A stretch of 64,000 bases of DNA from the human T2T-CHM13v2.0 reference genome, Homo sapiens. Within the stretch, counting starts at the first letter, position 1. Each line of letters begins with the position of its first letter. Shown one piece after another: positions 1 through 16,862 of the stretch. The notes below the pieces were generated by a model. It did no database searches and was not told the DNA's origin. It worked only from the letters and a program-made list of their open reading frames with translations. Location of the stretch: NCBI RefSeq assembly GCF_009914755.1, contig NC_060936.1. One strand, 5' to 3'. Position numbers and translations under genes: made by a program.

Positions 1-99
1 AAAAAGTTGATTTCCCACATGAATGCTTGGGATCATCAATTTTCATTTATGCTTTTGATCAAATACTATTTGGCTAATACATTCATAGGGTCCTCTAGT

Positions 100-567
100 T
101 TTCCCAACCTTTTTATCTATCCCGACTAAGAAATACAGAGTGCCTTGACCACTCTGTGACCTGGCCAGTTGCATGTTTTTTTGCAGGGTTAAGTCAGGTC
201 CTTGAACATTCCCAGGCTCTGGTAAACATGTTTAGGTTGTTGTCCAGAACACTGAAAGAAACTAGCCCCAGCCCTTAACCAAACTCCTCAAACCCTCATA
301 TAAACTCCATAACACAACCCCCTTATTGCAGACATAGCTAGGTGGAACATCTCTTTCGCTTGCTGTTGAGAGGATTCCTGCAGCCCCTTTTGTAAGTAAG
401 TTCCCCTGATAAATACTTTAGACTAATTACCCTGGTGTTTAGTGCTTCTCTCTTTGGAATCTCAACCAGCCCCATCTCCAAATGGTTTACAGATAATCCT
501 TCTTGGGAATTTCCCTGCTACAGACTTTGGGGCTCCAGTTTTGGTTTCGGCCTGGACAAAACAACAC
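100..567 (+). mobile_element. Old solo LTR (ERVL-class, MER54/73/74-like); 5' boundary uncertain
   Basis: TATA-like ATATAAA ~298, GATAAA/AATAAA-like signal ~408, ends ...GGACAAAACAACA; resembles remembered consensus. Confidence 0.5.
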
Positions 568-639
568 TGCAGGAATAGTTTAAGGTATTTGCCTTTTGTG
601 ATAGTGTCCATTATAATATTATTTTCTTATTACTATTAA

Positions 640-992
<353 letters not shown>

Positions 993-1231
993 TAAATCAA
1001 AATCTTCCCTGGAAATTTAAGGGAGAAATGTCGAGGAAGAAGTTCATGTCATTTGAGGATAATTGGCTGCACAGTTACTCTTTTGCAGAGGAAGGCATGT
1101 GTTTGTGATGGACATAGCAGCTGTCAATATGCCCCCACTATCAGAGGGTATACCAAACCTGCAAACTCTTTGTTTCGGCAGCAAAATATATTAACAAAAA
1201 TTCAGGAGTGGACAGAAGTTTCTAATTTTGA

Positions 1232-1648
<417 letters not shown>

Positions 1649-2150
1649 TAGGAGTTTTATAGTTTTAGTTCTTAAATTTAGGTCTTTGATCTATTTTGAG
1701 TTAATTTTTGCATATAGTGTAAGGTACAGGTCTAACTTCATTCTTTTGCAGGTGAATATTCAGTTTTCCCGTTACCATTTGTTGAAAAGATTGTCCTTTC
1801 CCCATTGAATGGTCTTGGCACCCTCGTTAAAAATCATTTGACCATATATGCAAGGGTTTATTTCTGTGTTATCTATTCTATTCCGTTGGTCTAGGTATCT
1901 GTCTTTATGTCAGTAACACACTGGTTTGATTATCATAGCTTTGTAGTAAGTTTTGAAATCAGGAAGTGAGAGATTGCCATCTTTGTTGTTCTTTTCAACA
2001 TTGTTTTGGTTATTTGGGGTCATTTGATATTCCAAATGAATTTTAGAATGGATTTTTAAAATTTATGTAAAAATATTGTTGGGATTTTGATAGGGATTGC
2101 ATTGACTCCGTAGATCACTTTTGGTGGTATTAATATCTTTACAATCTTAA

Positions 2151-2695
<545 letters not shown>

Positions 2696-2920
2696 TAAAA
2701 TTTCTTTCTGCAACATTTTGTGGTTTTTAGTGTACAAGTATTTTGCTGCCTTGATGAAGTTTATGCCTTAGTATTTTATTCTTCTTGATGCTATTGTAAA
2801 TGGAATTTAAAAAAATTTCCCTTTTGGATTGTTCATTGATAATGTATAGAAATGCAGTTGATTTTTGTGTGTTGCTTTTGTATCCTGCAACTTTGTAGAA
2901 TTTGCGTATTAATCTAACAG

Positions 2921-2955
<35 letters not shown>

Positions 2956-3099
2956 TAACCTTTAAGGTTTTCTATGTATAAGATAATCTCATCCATGGAC
3001 AGAGATCATTATTTCTTTCCAGTGTGGTGGCCTTTTATTTCTTTTTCTTGATTGATGGCTATGGCTGGAACTTCCAATACAATGTTGAGTAGAAGTGGT

Positions 3100-4130
3100 G
3101 AAAGTGTGCATGTATAGACCACTCTTTGGAGAAGTGATCTATATTAGGGGAGCAAAGAAATGCAGTATTACATGGAGGGGCAAAATGCATTTTCTTTTTT
3201 GCTTGTCTTTCCTTTTTTTTTTTTTTTTTTTTGATAAAGTGAGAGAAACAGTGTGTTTGTGTGCTGATGGGCTGGCCTGAGTAGAAAAGGGGAATGAGGT
3301 GGAGGGTAGGATCTGGTGCACAGGAGACAGCTTCATGGAGAGCTCATCTTTGGTGACAGGAGAGAAGACTGGCTATGCACTGGAAGACACTGACAGGAGA
3401 ACCACATGGTGCTGGGAGTGGTGGAAGTTTTCTTTAGAATGCTTCAATTTTCTCAGGAAAGTAAGAAGCAAGGTTATTGACTCAAAGTGGGATTGGGGGG
3501 AGATACTGGAAGTCTGAAGGGAGAAGAAAAGGTATAAATCAGCTGCCTAGGAGAGTGGGAGACAGAATGGTCTAGGGAAATATAGTATAATTGCTGGGCA
3601 GTACTCACGGCCCAAGGAAGGTTTGTCAATTTATTTATTTACCTAAAATGTAGAGACGGGGTCTCACTGTGCTGCCTTGGCTGGTCTTGAACTCCTGGGC
3701 TCAAGTGATCCTCCCACCTTGGCCCCCCCAAATGGGATTACAGGCGTGAGCCACCATGCCTGGCCAAGTTTTGTCAATTTAAATACACATCAGCTTGGTT
3801 GTTCTTCAGCTATGTTCATGTGGAGCAGCCAGAGATGGATTCAGCCAGCTGTGGTATGGCTGAGTGAGTACACTTTTCCTGGAGACAGGCAAGTAAATTG
3901 ATTATGAACAAGGGATTGAAACAATTGTTCATGGAATGTAAGCTGGCTAGAGTATGGAGTGAATACATGAAGGGTATGAATGACAGTGAAGAGATGGTAG
4001 AATGAGTGTGAGTGTAGATCCTGGTGGGATGTAAGGATATTTACTACATTTACTACTGTAAGGGTGTGAGCTAGAAAGATAGGAAAAGGTGGTCAAGGAC
4101 AAGGATTCCTGAAACAAGACTGCAGAGACT
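3100..4130 (-). mobile_element. Probable L2 fragment containing an Alu monomer (3630-3765)
   Basis: Purine-rich degenerate sequence resembling antisense L2; the monomer is clear. Confidence 0.45.
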
Positions 4131-4439
4131 TCCACAGCCGAGGAGGAAATGATTCCAGGGCACCTTTGTGTGCTGCCAAGAGTGAGGCAGTTCCTGTGAG
4201 AATCTTGATGTACTCAGATAATTGTAGGCCTATCATAGGCATGTCCCCACACCTTATTCCACCGAAAAGCTTTATCAATTCAGAGTATGTTTGCATCATA
4301 TCCAGACAGAGAAAAAACATTAGTTGAAATTTAAATAACTGCAATACTGATAGATTGCTTTAGAAATAGACATTGGAGGAAATGTTCCTGGGGCAATATG
4401 TATCTTGGATCTTAACTTTTCTCTCTCTAAAAGATCATG

Positions 4440-5771
<1,332 letters not shown>

Positions 5772-6195
5772 GGGCTGGGCATGGTGGCTCATGTCAGCAC
5801 TTTGGGAGGCCGAGGTGGGCACACTGCTTGAGCCCAGGAGTTCGAGACCAACCTACCAACATGGCAAAACTCTTGTCTCTACAAAAATACAAAAATTAGC
5901 TGAGAGTGGTGGTGCTTGCCAGCACCACTTTCTTTCTTTTCGCTTTCTATCTTTCTCTTTCTTTCTTTCTTTTTCTTTCCTTCCTTCCTTCTCTCTCTCT
6001 TTCCTTCCTTCTTTCTTTCTCTTTCTTTCTTTCTTTTTCTTTCTTTCTTTCCTCCTTCCTTCCTTCCTTCACTTGCCTTCCTTCCTTCCTTCCTTCCTTC
6101 TTCTTTTTCTTTCTTTTTTTCTTAACAGGGTCTTGCTCTCTTGCTCTCAATCCCAAAGTGCTGGGATTACAGATGTGAACCACTGCACTCAGCCT
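5772..6195. repeat. Partial + Alu, (CTTT/CCTT)n tract (5928-6122) and partial - Alu
   Basis: Seen directly. Confidence 0.85.
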
Positions 6196-8638
6196 CCTTC
6201 CCTATTTTTATTTTTTAAGAGTTAAGGATTTATGGGTCTAGAGGGTGGCATCTTGCACAATACATGCCTTTGGCTCCATGCTCCCCCTCACCCGCTATCT
6301 ATTACTGAGTTTTCTTCTCAGATGAGAAAGGACAAAGGATCTAGTCCTGGTGCTGTACTAGCACCAACTGGTGCAGGAGATATTTACTGATTCTTCTGTG
6401 TCCAGCACCACCGAGAGCTCCTGAGAAAGACCGAAAGATTTTCTATCCATACTAAACATGCACACATATAATTATGGCAACATCCTTTCTCTCAAAGAGT
6501 TTATAACTTGCTCTATATAAAAAGCATATTAAACAAGTACATGAAGTGTTCATTGTTAGTAAATATGAAAGGATCTAGAACAGGATTATAGGCTAGAATT
6601 GTTACCAGTGGCAAATCCCTATGGGCCTGCAGCAACCTTAATTCTTGCCTCCTCAGAAGAAAGAATTAGACTGAGGGTCATAAGGCAGAAGGAGAGACCG
6701 AGGCAAGTGTTAGAGCAGGAGTGAAAGTTTATTATAAAGTTTTAGAGCAGGAATGAAAGAAAGTAAAATACATTTGGAAGAGGGCCAAGTGGGCGACTTG
6801 GGAGATCAAGCACATGGTTTGACTGACTTAGGGTTTTATATATTGGCATATTTCCAGGGTCTTACATTTCTTCTCCCCGATTCTTCCCTTGGGACTCCTA
6901 GCACTTGGGAGGGGCCACATGTGCAGGGTATTTACTGGAGTTGTAGGCATACTGACTTGAGGTAATTTTGCCTTACCAGTCCAGTGTTCCTAGAGGAAGG
7001 TCATCTGCTGTTTTGCCTCTTAGTGTTCATGCGTGAGCCCACTTGCCCAACTCCTGAGATCTAATTGGGAAGCTGCTGATCACCAGTTTTAGGTACTTCT
7101 ATCTATTGGAAGACTACCTTTCCCTGGTGCTGGCTGTGACTAATTATTTTTCAGATTTTCAGAGAGACAGTCTGACAACTGCCTGACCATCACCTGATTG
7201 TTGCCTGACATTCCTGGTGGTAATGGGGGGTGGCCCTCTGTTGCCCTGCTCATGTCTGATTAGCTACCTACTGTATTTTCCCCCTCAAGAGTCCAAGACC
7301 TCAATTCTTTGGGGGAAAATGGACAAAGGTCAGTCTTCCGTAACTGCTTCCTGCTGACAGAGGGGTGGGGGTGGTTGTTCTGTGGGTCTTGGCCTCTTGC
7401 TAGCTGTCAGGGCAGGGTGGCTCTGTAGTTTGGTGAAAACAGTATCCAGCCAGGTCCACAGGAGACAGTGTCAGGGTTTCACCTCTGTCGTGTCCCACTG
7501 ATGGGCAGTTTAGGGGTCCCCTGCAGAAGGATGACTCTTGAATATTGAGAGGACGGTATCCCTCACTGAGGATCATCTGGAGTTGGATGGCCTATCCCTC
7601 TTGTTTTTTCTGAGCTGCAGCCAGAGACCACTGGTTGGTTCACAGGAATAAGCAGGGTCAATCTAAATTGCAGACAAAAACTGAAAAACAACTAATGAGA
7701 CTAGAGTCTAATAACAGGTGTACCATAGTTCTTGAGTCATAATTTTTCTCTCTCCAGTCCTCATTTTTATTAAAAACAAATAATGATAGGACTAATTTGT
7801 TTGCAAAATAAGTTTTAGCTTTATTCTACTTGGCTTATTTGCATAAAGCACAACAAGAATAATTATTTGCCATTTAGGCTCCTTTTTAAATCGGCTTTGA
7901 TGGAACTTTGTTCTGTAAGGAATCCCGGATGAGACTTTTTAAAACCCTTAAGCCTAGCCATGGGTTGATGACATCAAATACCTGTATGAGTTGGGTAAAT
8001 TCCTCTCCTCTTGAGGTATCAAGATAACTTGAGACTCTTGGGCCTGTTACAAAGTGAGATTCTTTACTTACTACAGGTCAGGAGCCCTGTACAGGGACTG
8101 TGTAGACAAGGTATGAGGCCAGTTTTCCCAAGGGACTTTTATTGGCTCAATAAGTCAAATTTGATTCCTTAAAGGAAAGCATGCCATTCTAGTCAAAGCC
8201 TTGGTAAAATAAGCAGTGTCTCCAATTGTGTCCGGATACGAAAAAAACAGATTCTTATTGCACTTATGCAAATAACTATATTAATGTAAGTTAATAATAC
8301 TCACAAATAGTTTTCAAATTTTGGGGAAAAATGATAGAGAGAAATATGCTCCAAATTTTGTTTATAGGAGTATACTTTACTCAATTGTTAAAAGCTGTAA
8401 ATAGCTCATGAGAAAAGTTTTCTTGGCTTTGAAAAACAAAGGATTAGCAATATTTTGAGCAAAAAGTCATAAAATGTTTATTTTAGTCTTTTATTAGTTT
8501 AGTTCATGCAGTTAACTCCTGTTCTGCTTGATATTCATGAACATTTCAGCTTTCCATGAGCATCCTGAAAGTTTTCCCTTTATTCTAATGTCACAATCTC
8601 CAAAGTTATCAGAAACCTGCATTTAAGAGCAACTGTAA

Positions 8639-8915
8639 GGCCATGCACATGGCTCACCCCTGTAATCCCAGTACATCAGGAGGCTGAGGTGGGTGGATCA
8701 CCTGAGATCAGGAGTTTGAGACCAGCCTGGCCAACATAGTGAAACCCTGTCTCTACTAAAAATACAAAAATTAGCCAGATGTGGTGGTGCGTGCCTGTAG
8801 TCCCAACTACTCAGGAGGTTGAGGCAGAAGAAGCACTTGAACCTGGGAGGCGGACGTTGCAGTGAGCTGAGATCATACCACTGCCCTCCAGTCTGGGCAA
8901 CAGAGTGAGACTCTG

Positions 8916-8946
<31 letters not shown>
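8639..8946 (+). mobile_element. AluS with (CA)n tail, inside the ERV
   Basis: Sense Alu; TSD AGAGCA(A/C)CTGT. Confidence 0.9.
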
Positions 8947-8949
<3 letters not shown>

Positions 8950-10470
8950 CACCTGTTCGAGTCCTATAGCTGATTATGAAACCACCTTTTAAAAAGTATT
9001 AAAACAAGACAACAATTTTATGTCGATGACAAAAAGTCTTAGGGCAGCCATATTTAAAGGCACAATTGACAAGGAAATTTGTTACCTCTGTGGCACACAA
9101 TAATTTAACAGAACAATCATAATTATTACTGATAACATATACTGTTGTATTAGAATTATAGAAGTTTCACATAATTTTGGAGCACATACCAATAAGACAT
9201 TTATACAAATGCAGCCCCAAGAAAGCCAGATACTACCTTGCATTAGTGTACATTGATGTCAAACCCAGTTCTTAATAAAACCTTATAGACAAATCTATCC
9301 AATCTTAATCAGTTTGAACATAAGGTAATATTCTCATAAACCTTTTATAACCCTTTACAATTTTCTGTTAAAGAGCAGAACAATGCTGTAAGAGTTGTAT
9401 GCATGCTCACTTGAGGCATTTTTCCCTTCTCAGTCCATGTTGTGCTTTTATTCCAATGTTTGATTTATGGATAAACTGAATAATACCCCTATAATTTAGG
9501 TAGTATGTTCACATACAGAATTTCTTTTTCAAGATTAATCTTTCATAAACCTTCCAAAACTTGCTTAAACCTTCAGCTTTATCCTAACTTAAAACAATCC
9601 TTTAACCCTCTAAACTTAGGCAAAAAAAAAAAAAAAATCCACATTCCCATGCCTTCTCATAATCTTTTACCAAAAACACATTCTATTTTCCTTATACTCC
9701 TTGCATGAAAAGCTGTTTTTCCAGTAGTCTCAAGTACATGTTTCACTGTTAACTCTTAGTAACTTTTACTTTTGGTGAAAAACCTGGTGCGATTTTAATT
9801 ATATGTGGCACCCAGGACACCAGACAGAAGTGCAGATACAGTCGGATTCTTTCCAGCATAGCTGGGGGGCGTGGCTAACTCTGCATGTCCCCAGGCTTTA
9901 CCTACTTTTAGAGCAGGCAAGTTGCACAGTTAAGAGTAATAACAGTGGTTTATGAAGCATGTAGAGGGCCTAATAACTTTTAAAATTGTATAACATTTCT
10001 TTCATAAATTCCCTTTCAAGAATCTTTTTCATGACTCACACAGACTAATTATGACATCCCTGGTCTTTCTGACTTGTCCTAAGCATCCCTCTGTTTAAAC
10101 AACCAGTTATTTTACTTTAGGACAATAATTTACCATACCAGATCCTTTTTCATACACAACCTCTTTATAACCTTCCTTACAAAAAATACCTCTTTACTTT
10201 ATCTTTTAATAAAACAAATCATTTTCCCTCTGTTAGAAAGTTAAGATTTGTACTGTATGTTGCTGTGTGGGTCCTGTGAAGGGGGAGCAGATAAGAGGTT
10301 ATCTACGTACAGTAGAAGTTATCCCCCCTCAAGAGACTGCTCAGTTAGATTTTTGCTTAGGCTTGTCCGATTTAGTGTGGGCTATGTCTAAACCCCTGAG
10401 GCAGGACTGTGTAGGATGAAGTTTTTGATTAAAGATTTAGGTAGCTTTCCCAGGAGAAATAGGGCTACAA

Positions 10471-10684
10471 CAGGGGTGTCCAATCTTTTGGTTTCCCTGG
10501 GCCACACTGGAAGAATTGTCTTGGGCCACACATAAAATACACTAACACTAATGATAGCTGATGAGCTAAAAAAAAAAAAAAGCAAAAATATAATGTTTTT
10601 TAAAAGTTTACAAATTTGTGTTAGGCCACATTCAAAGCTGTCCTGGCTGTATGTGGCCTATGGGCTATGGGTTGTACAAGCTTG
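10471..10684. mobile_element. MER30 hAT DNA transposon, inside the ERV
   Basis: CAGGGGTGTCCAA...TTGTACAAGCTTG termini; imperfect 8-bp TSD GGCTACAA/GGCTAGAG. Confidence 0.85.
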
Positions 10685-11029
10685 GGCTAGAGGGAAAGAT
10701 GAATTCAAAGGTTGGGTAAATACTAAGTAAGCACCCATCTTGGAAAGTATATTTTTGCCCAAAGGGGTGTGAATCTTTTCTTTTGGAGGGAGGAGGTGCC
10801 ATTTGCCCCCATTACCTGACTGGATTTGGAGGAGAGCTGCTCAGAGGAGATTAGGACAGAGTAGGCAAGTCTTGAACCCAAAAGGGAAATTTATAATTTT
10901 ACTTGCTGTCTCCAGAGTTGCCCTTGGCTTTATTCTGTTGATGACGATGTCTGATTCGGAAGCCAGCCAGAGTGGAGAGCCCTTTCAGCTCAAGGCCATC
11001 AAAGGTTGGGATCTTGTCCCAGGGGCTCT

Positions 11030-11533
11030 TCAGCCCTCAGTGTAGTCCCATTCCAGTGGCTGAGCTTGTGGCAGAGGGAACAAGCCTAGAGGGGCTTTTT
11101 TCCCATTTATCCCATTGGGGAAGTTTGCCTTCTGATGCCTTGGCTCCCCACACCAATGGCAGTTACCTGGGAGGGTATTCTGAGGGCAATCTGGAGGGGA
11201 CTGGAGAGCTTGTAAATCAGCCAACAGCTGAGCCTGCCCCTTGTCCCTGTTTTTTTTTTCTTTTTCTTAGCCCTGTCCTCCTTATTCTGCAGTCAGTTAT
11301 GAAAGACTGAGGAGGTTAATTTGCGGATTTCCTGCATAAGGGCACTGGGTTCTAAGGCTGACTTTTGTAATTTTCTGTCAGTTCATTTTTAGGCCAAACA
11401 GTATTATAAAGGAAAATGAGTTTTTGTTTTTTGTTTTTTGTTTTTTTTTAGGTTTGGGGGAATCAAACTTTTCCCAGTTTTTGGGGATGCATCCGAGGGA
11501 CGTGTCCTGTGGTATGATGATGCGATTACCCAT
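11030..11533 (-). pseudogene. Deleted ERV1 gag relic (matrix start joined to nucleocapsid zinc knuckle)
   Basis: MGNRIIIPQDTSLGCIPKNWEKFD (MA-like, ATG at 11533) and CHWCGEPRHQKANF (CX2CX4HX4C with the last C replaced by F). Confidence 0.7.
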
Positions 11534-14500
11534 CTGCAAAGAGAAAACAGAGAAGAACAAAAAAGGAAAAAAGGAAAAAGAAGGCATACCCTTTTACTTT
11601 CCTTCTATCCTGAATAGGGCAACCCCCATTAACCCTTAGGGTTCTGGAATGAACTGGTCTCAGTGTGTACCCTTAACCTTGGTCCCGTCTCATCACAATT
11701 ACCCACTTGAGAACAGAGGAGACACTGGAGTGAACAGTGGGCCCCCGGTTAATCCTTGGGGTTCTGAAATGAACCAGTCTTACTATGTACCCCTAAACTT
11801 GCCTGCATCTCTGTTCTAATGGTAATCTGTTAGCCTGGGACGAACCTTCATCTTTGTCCTATGGGTCTGTTGTACCTGCAGCCTTAGGCTGTCCTATAGC
11901 CTTATCTCTATGACCTTATAGTGACTCTCATTTGGAGCATTCTAGCAACAAAATGATAACCTCTTTTCTCAGATTCCTATTTCCCATATTTTTTTTTTAG
12001 CTAACTGCTTCAAGGGGGCTGGACTTCCCTCCCTTCTAATATGACCTTGGAGGTCTTGATGCATATTGAGAAGGGCATGGAACTAATTAGAGAAATGGAG
12101 GCTACAGGAGGAAGTGGGAGGAAGTGAGAAGAATACTCATGGAAAGCCTTCATATGTTTGTAAAAACAGCGGCCCTTGAATTCCTGAGGGCAACATTTAT
12201 TTGCCCTCTTGACATAAAGTAGTAACCTCCAGAGGACTTGGGACTTGGAGTAAGAAATCACAAATGGCAAAGAAAGAATTTCCCCTCCTCCCAAAAGGGT
12301 GCAAAGTCAAAAAAAGCAAGTACATGGGATCCTTAAAAGACCACAGAGTGAGGTCCCGTACAGACAAACTGCTTCAAGAGCCACAGGAAAACTTGGCCCT
12401 GGGGCATAACAGGAATGAAAAGCATGTGTTAAGTCATAAGGAGCTGGCAGACCTGGGGTTCCAGTTAGTGTCTGTCCTGGCAATGTGCCAGCAGACGGAG
12501 AACAGTTTGAGGTCATCCAAGCTGGTAGGGTGAAAACAAGTATAAATCTCAGGGGATATCCTCAAGGGAGCCCGTGTCTTTGTGGCCATGCAGATGCAGC
12601 AAGAGCTGTGGGTGCACAAATAACAGGGATTGTGTGTTTAAGAAGTCAGATGGCATGTGAATTGAAAGTAAAGAGGCAGACTTGCCCCCAGGGAGTACAA
12701 TCCAGTGGGTGCACAAGGCCATTTCAGAATACACATGGAGAAAACAGAAAAGGCAGTGTGGGTTCTTGGGAAAGAGGTGATTTTAGTTGAAAAAGCAGAG
12801 AAGACCCCAGACATTGCATGGTTTTAGCTTTAGCCCTACCACTCTTGTGCACCTCCTGTCCTGGAGGACCATTAGGTTCTCCTTCTACTCAATGTGGACC
12901 CCAAGGTCCTTCCCACCCCATGAGCCACCCATCAGGTGAGCTGAGAGATCAACTAGGGGGAGCAGAGCCACTTGTGGCTGAGAGGAATCATTCTGGGGGT
13001 TTGTTAGTAAGCAGGAGAGCAAAAGGGAAAAAGGAAACCACGTACGGGGATTGAATGCTTCAAGCCAAAGAAGGAGAGGCATAGAGGTGTCTTACCACCA
13101 GGAAATGACATGAGTCACGTGGCACCAAAGTATGTTAGCAGCAGAGCATATCTGAGTCACGGCAACAACTTATGTTACTGGCAGTGAATCCATATGGGTC
13201 TGCAGCAACCTCAATTCTTGCCTCCTCAGAGGAAAGAATTTGACTGAGGGGCATAAGGCAGAGGGAGAGACTGAGGCAAGTCTTAGAGCAGGAGTGAAAG
13301 TTTATTACAAAGCTTTAGAGCACGAATGAAAGGAAGTAAAGTACGCTTGGAAGAGGGCCAATCATCGACCTGAGAGATCAAGCACATGGTTTGACTGGGG
13401 TTTTATATGTTGGCATACCTCTGGGATCTTGCTGTCCTTCTCTCCTGATTCTTCCCTTGGGATGGGCTCTCTGCATACACAGTGGACTGCTAGCACTTGG
13501 GAGAGGCCACATGTGCAGCGTGTTTGCTGGAGTTGTAGGCACGCTCATATGAGGTGTTTTTCCCTTACCAGTCCAGTGTTCCTAGAGGAAGGTTGTCTGC
13601 CATTTTGCCTCTTAGGGTGCATTCTTGAGCCTACTTGCCTAATCCTGAGATCTTATTGGGAAGCTGCTAATTACTAGGTTTGGGTGTTTCTATCTATTGG
13701 GAGGTTGCTTTCGCTGGTGCTGGCTGTGACCAATTATTTTTTAGAGACAATGCAACAACTGCCTGACCATCACCTGATTATTGCCTGACATTCCTGGTGG
13801 TGGGGGCTGAGAGTGGCCCTCTCCTGCCCTGCTCACCTCTGACTAGCTACCTACTGTAACAGAATCATCATGGAGGTGTTCAAGGAGGGAATTGCCTTTA
13901 AAAAGAGGGTTAGGTTCAGAGAGGAGGAAAAAGTTGGGCAAGGTGAACCTAGGAAGCTGCCAGTACCAGCAAGTTGGGATTTAGGTCCTCAAGGTGTAAT
14001 GGGATTATTTCTGAAAACAAGGAGGGTTATGACTTTGTGAAACTCTTCAATCTTTAGTCAGTTAGTCAGATTTATATCTGAGATAGCAGAGGTCCTTTTT
14101 CGTCTGAGTTTTATTCCTATAAAAGGGAGAGGAAGAGGAGAGAAATAAAGAAGCATTTCTAGCATGGCCACTTTACTGTAGGCTCTGTGTCTAGGAAATT
14201 TTCAAGGATCCACAAAATTTCTTTTGGTTCTCAAACATTATTTTCTCCAGATTATAAGGACAATAGCAAAATAAAAAACACTGATTTGAGTGTAATTAGA
14301 ATATATCAACCTCATTAGTTGATTAAATTTGTTCCTAAACATTATGGCATTTAAAAATAAATTATAGATTAGTTATCATTACCTGAAACAAATTCCTGAT
14401 CCTGCAAGATGAAAAGTGATAAGTAATTATGTTAAAACAAATTAATGGTAGCCAAGTAATTTTCAGTGAACTAGTGATAGCCACATTTTAAAAAGATTTT

Positions 14501-15249
14501 GTTTTTGTTTATTAAAAACTATCACACAGTTTTATTTATGAGGCATTAGAATCTTCAGCTGTTTGAGCATGCCAGGGGGGTAATCCACGTGGGTAGAAAG
14601 CTAGCCAGGCGGGAGCAAAGACAGAAGGGATTCCATTTTCCCGGCCTTTTTTTGGCCTTAGTTTGTTGCCAAGTAAATCAGAAACCTAAGAAAAACAGAT
14701 TAAGCGGTTTCCTTGTGAGTTTTAACCACAAATCTATGCTGCTGTCAAGAGCTGTAAGAAGGCTTTGCTTGCTCAAATCTCAAAAGGAAGACATTTTACT
14801 TTCCTCAAACAGAAATAGTCCCAGGGCTAAAATATTCACTTCCTTTGGTCATGCCTGGACCCAAGGCCCCGGGGACGGGAGGACTCCAGGGTCAGGGAGA
14901 GAATATTAATTCCCTATTTCCTTTCAAAATTTGGAGCAGAAGGGATATGTGCAGGAGGGAAATGCAAGATAACTACAGATTGAATTCTAAAGAAGGCAAG
15001 TCCTTGTGCTGCTCACCAACCTCCCTCTCCTGCACTCACCCCTCTCAATGCCCTGCCCTGATCCTTGAGAAAGTAAATATTAATTTGAACAGAGAAAGTA
15101 TCTTTCTGGCTGGCCAAAGGGTTTTTTGAAGGACATGCTGCAACTGTAAAGTGTCTTAACGACCTCTTTCTTTGAGTGACTATAGACTTTTTACTCACTG
15201 AGAAATCTTGTTCTGTAAAAGCAAAGACTATCAAACACTTCAGTGTTTA

Positions 15250-15426
<177 letters not shown>

Positions 15427-16862
15427 TCACTTTGACACAGAAGCAGCCTCATTATATAACCCAGGTGCAGAACTTTAGATAGGGGTTGCTGGAAACATTT
15501 CACATCTAAACTGTGCTTTCTAATGAAACAAGACCTTGGGACCATTTTGTAATCCAGACCTGGAGTTGATCTCTTTTCACAGAGCCCTGCTTTGCTTGGA
15601 GTCTATCAAGAAATTGCTTCATCTCCATATCCTATAATAATTCTCTTTTCCTTTGATCAGACAACCCATGAGTCCCCTGGTATGCAGTCTTCCTCATGGC
15701 AATAGGACAAAAGACCTGACTTTGTTGGACCTTAAGTTTATTCCTGGTGCCTCAGGCTGATTAGGAGACCTTTTGGCTTCAGCCTCTCCCTGTGGGGTTT
15801 TCTGTCCCTCACCCCTCAGAGGACTTGTGTAGGATGCCAGCTGGCCCTGAGGCCTGTGCCACATTGATGCAAGGATGAGAGTCAAGATCTGCCATGATAA
15901 GTCAAGGGAATGTGTAAAATGGCATGTTGGAACTCAGCTGCAGCTGGTCCTGCTGTCCTGCTCGGTGTACCCCCCAGCCACCAGAGGGCCCCAAATGGCC
16001 TGCTTTGGAGTTTCTCCAGCAATCATTGAAATTTGGCTCTTGTCTTACAGTCTTTGGTTAGGCTCACAAAGTTTCTGCCAATTCCCTGGGCTGCTTCAAA
16101 AACTCTAGCTTACAACTGATGGTAGGAAAACAACACCTAGAAAAACACAGACCATGCCTTAGTGATCAGAATATAGATGTGATTTGATTGCCTCATACTA
16201 AGACTCAGCTAGGGGTACTTTTTGAATAATAAAACTTATTAAGAATCCCCCTCGATTAATCAGGTCTTTCTCATCTTATGATTAAGTAAGCTTGGAAAAC
16301 ACTGATTTACACAAGTGATCCACCCTCAGTAAGGCAAAATAAAATGTAGACAGTGTAATTACCTCCTGCTTTAAAGGATGCAGCTAAGAATCCTTTTGTG
16401 AAGTAAGTTTCTCCAAATAAGAGTGAAAAAGAATAAGCACCTCTTATTTACTAAGTTAGCATTTTCATGCCCTGGATTTTTGAGGGCCACTGTTCTTGCA
16501 GTTTGCTTTCTATACCAGTTTCTATACCTTTATTATCTATACCTCCCTATCTTTCATTCATTCCCTCCTTCTACCCAGATATATACACGTACCACACAAC
16601 CTGAATATTTCAGAGCAATCTTGATTCCAAGCATTCATTCACTGTTCTCATAAAAATGCTTGTATTTGTCAGTCCTAAGAACAGTCATCATTCATAATGT
16701 ATCTGTCAGCAATGAAAACACATCCCCAGTATATGCCTAAGCTAACCCCTAATATTTTGTACCTGGAACATTATCTGGCTAACCAGAGACATTGAGGACA
16801 AAGCAATTTGTCTGAAGGACAGACTCCCCCACTGCCCCCGCCATCCATCCCCTGCACCGTAC

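Larger units (their letters stand above)
6600..13861 (-). mobile_element. ERV1-class non-autonomous provirus (MER50-type LTRs plus internal region)
   Basis: Homologous LTRs 6600-7275 and 13173-13861; TG..CA ends; 4-bp TSD GAAT (6596-6599 / 13862-13865); PPT 7276-7286; tRNA-His-like PBS 13150-13167; gag relics. Confidence 0.88.

Noticed and set aside
4093-4344. 83-aa minus-strand ORF in apparently unique sequence
   Set aside because: No recognisable homology or exon context; the length is expected by chance.
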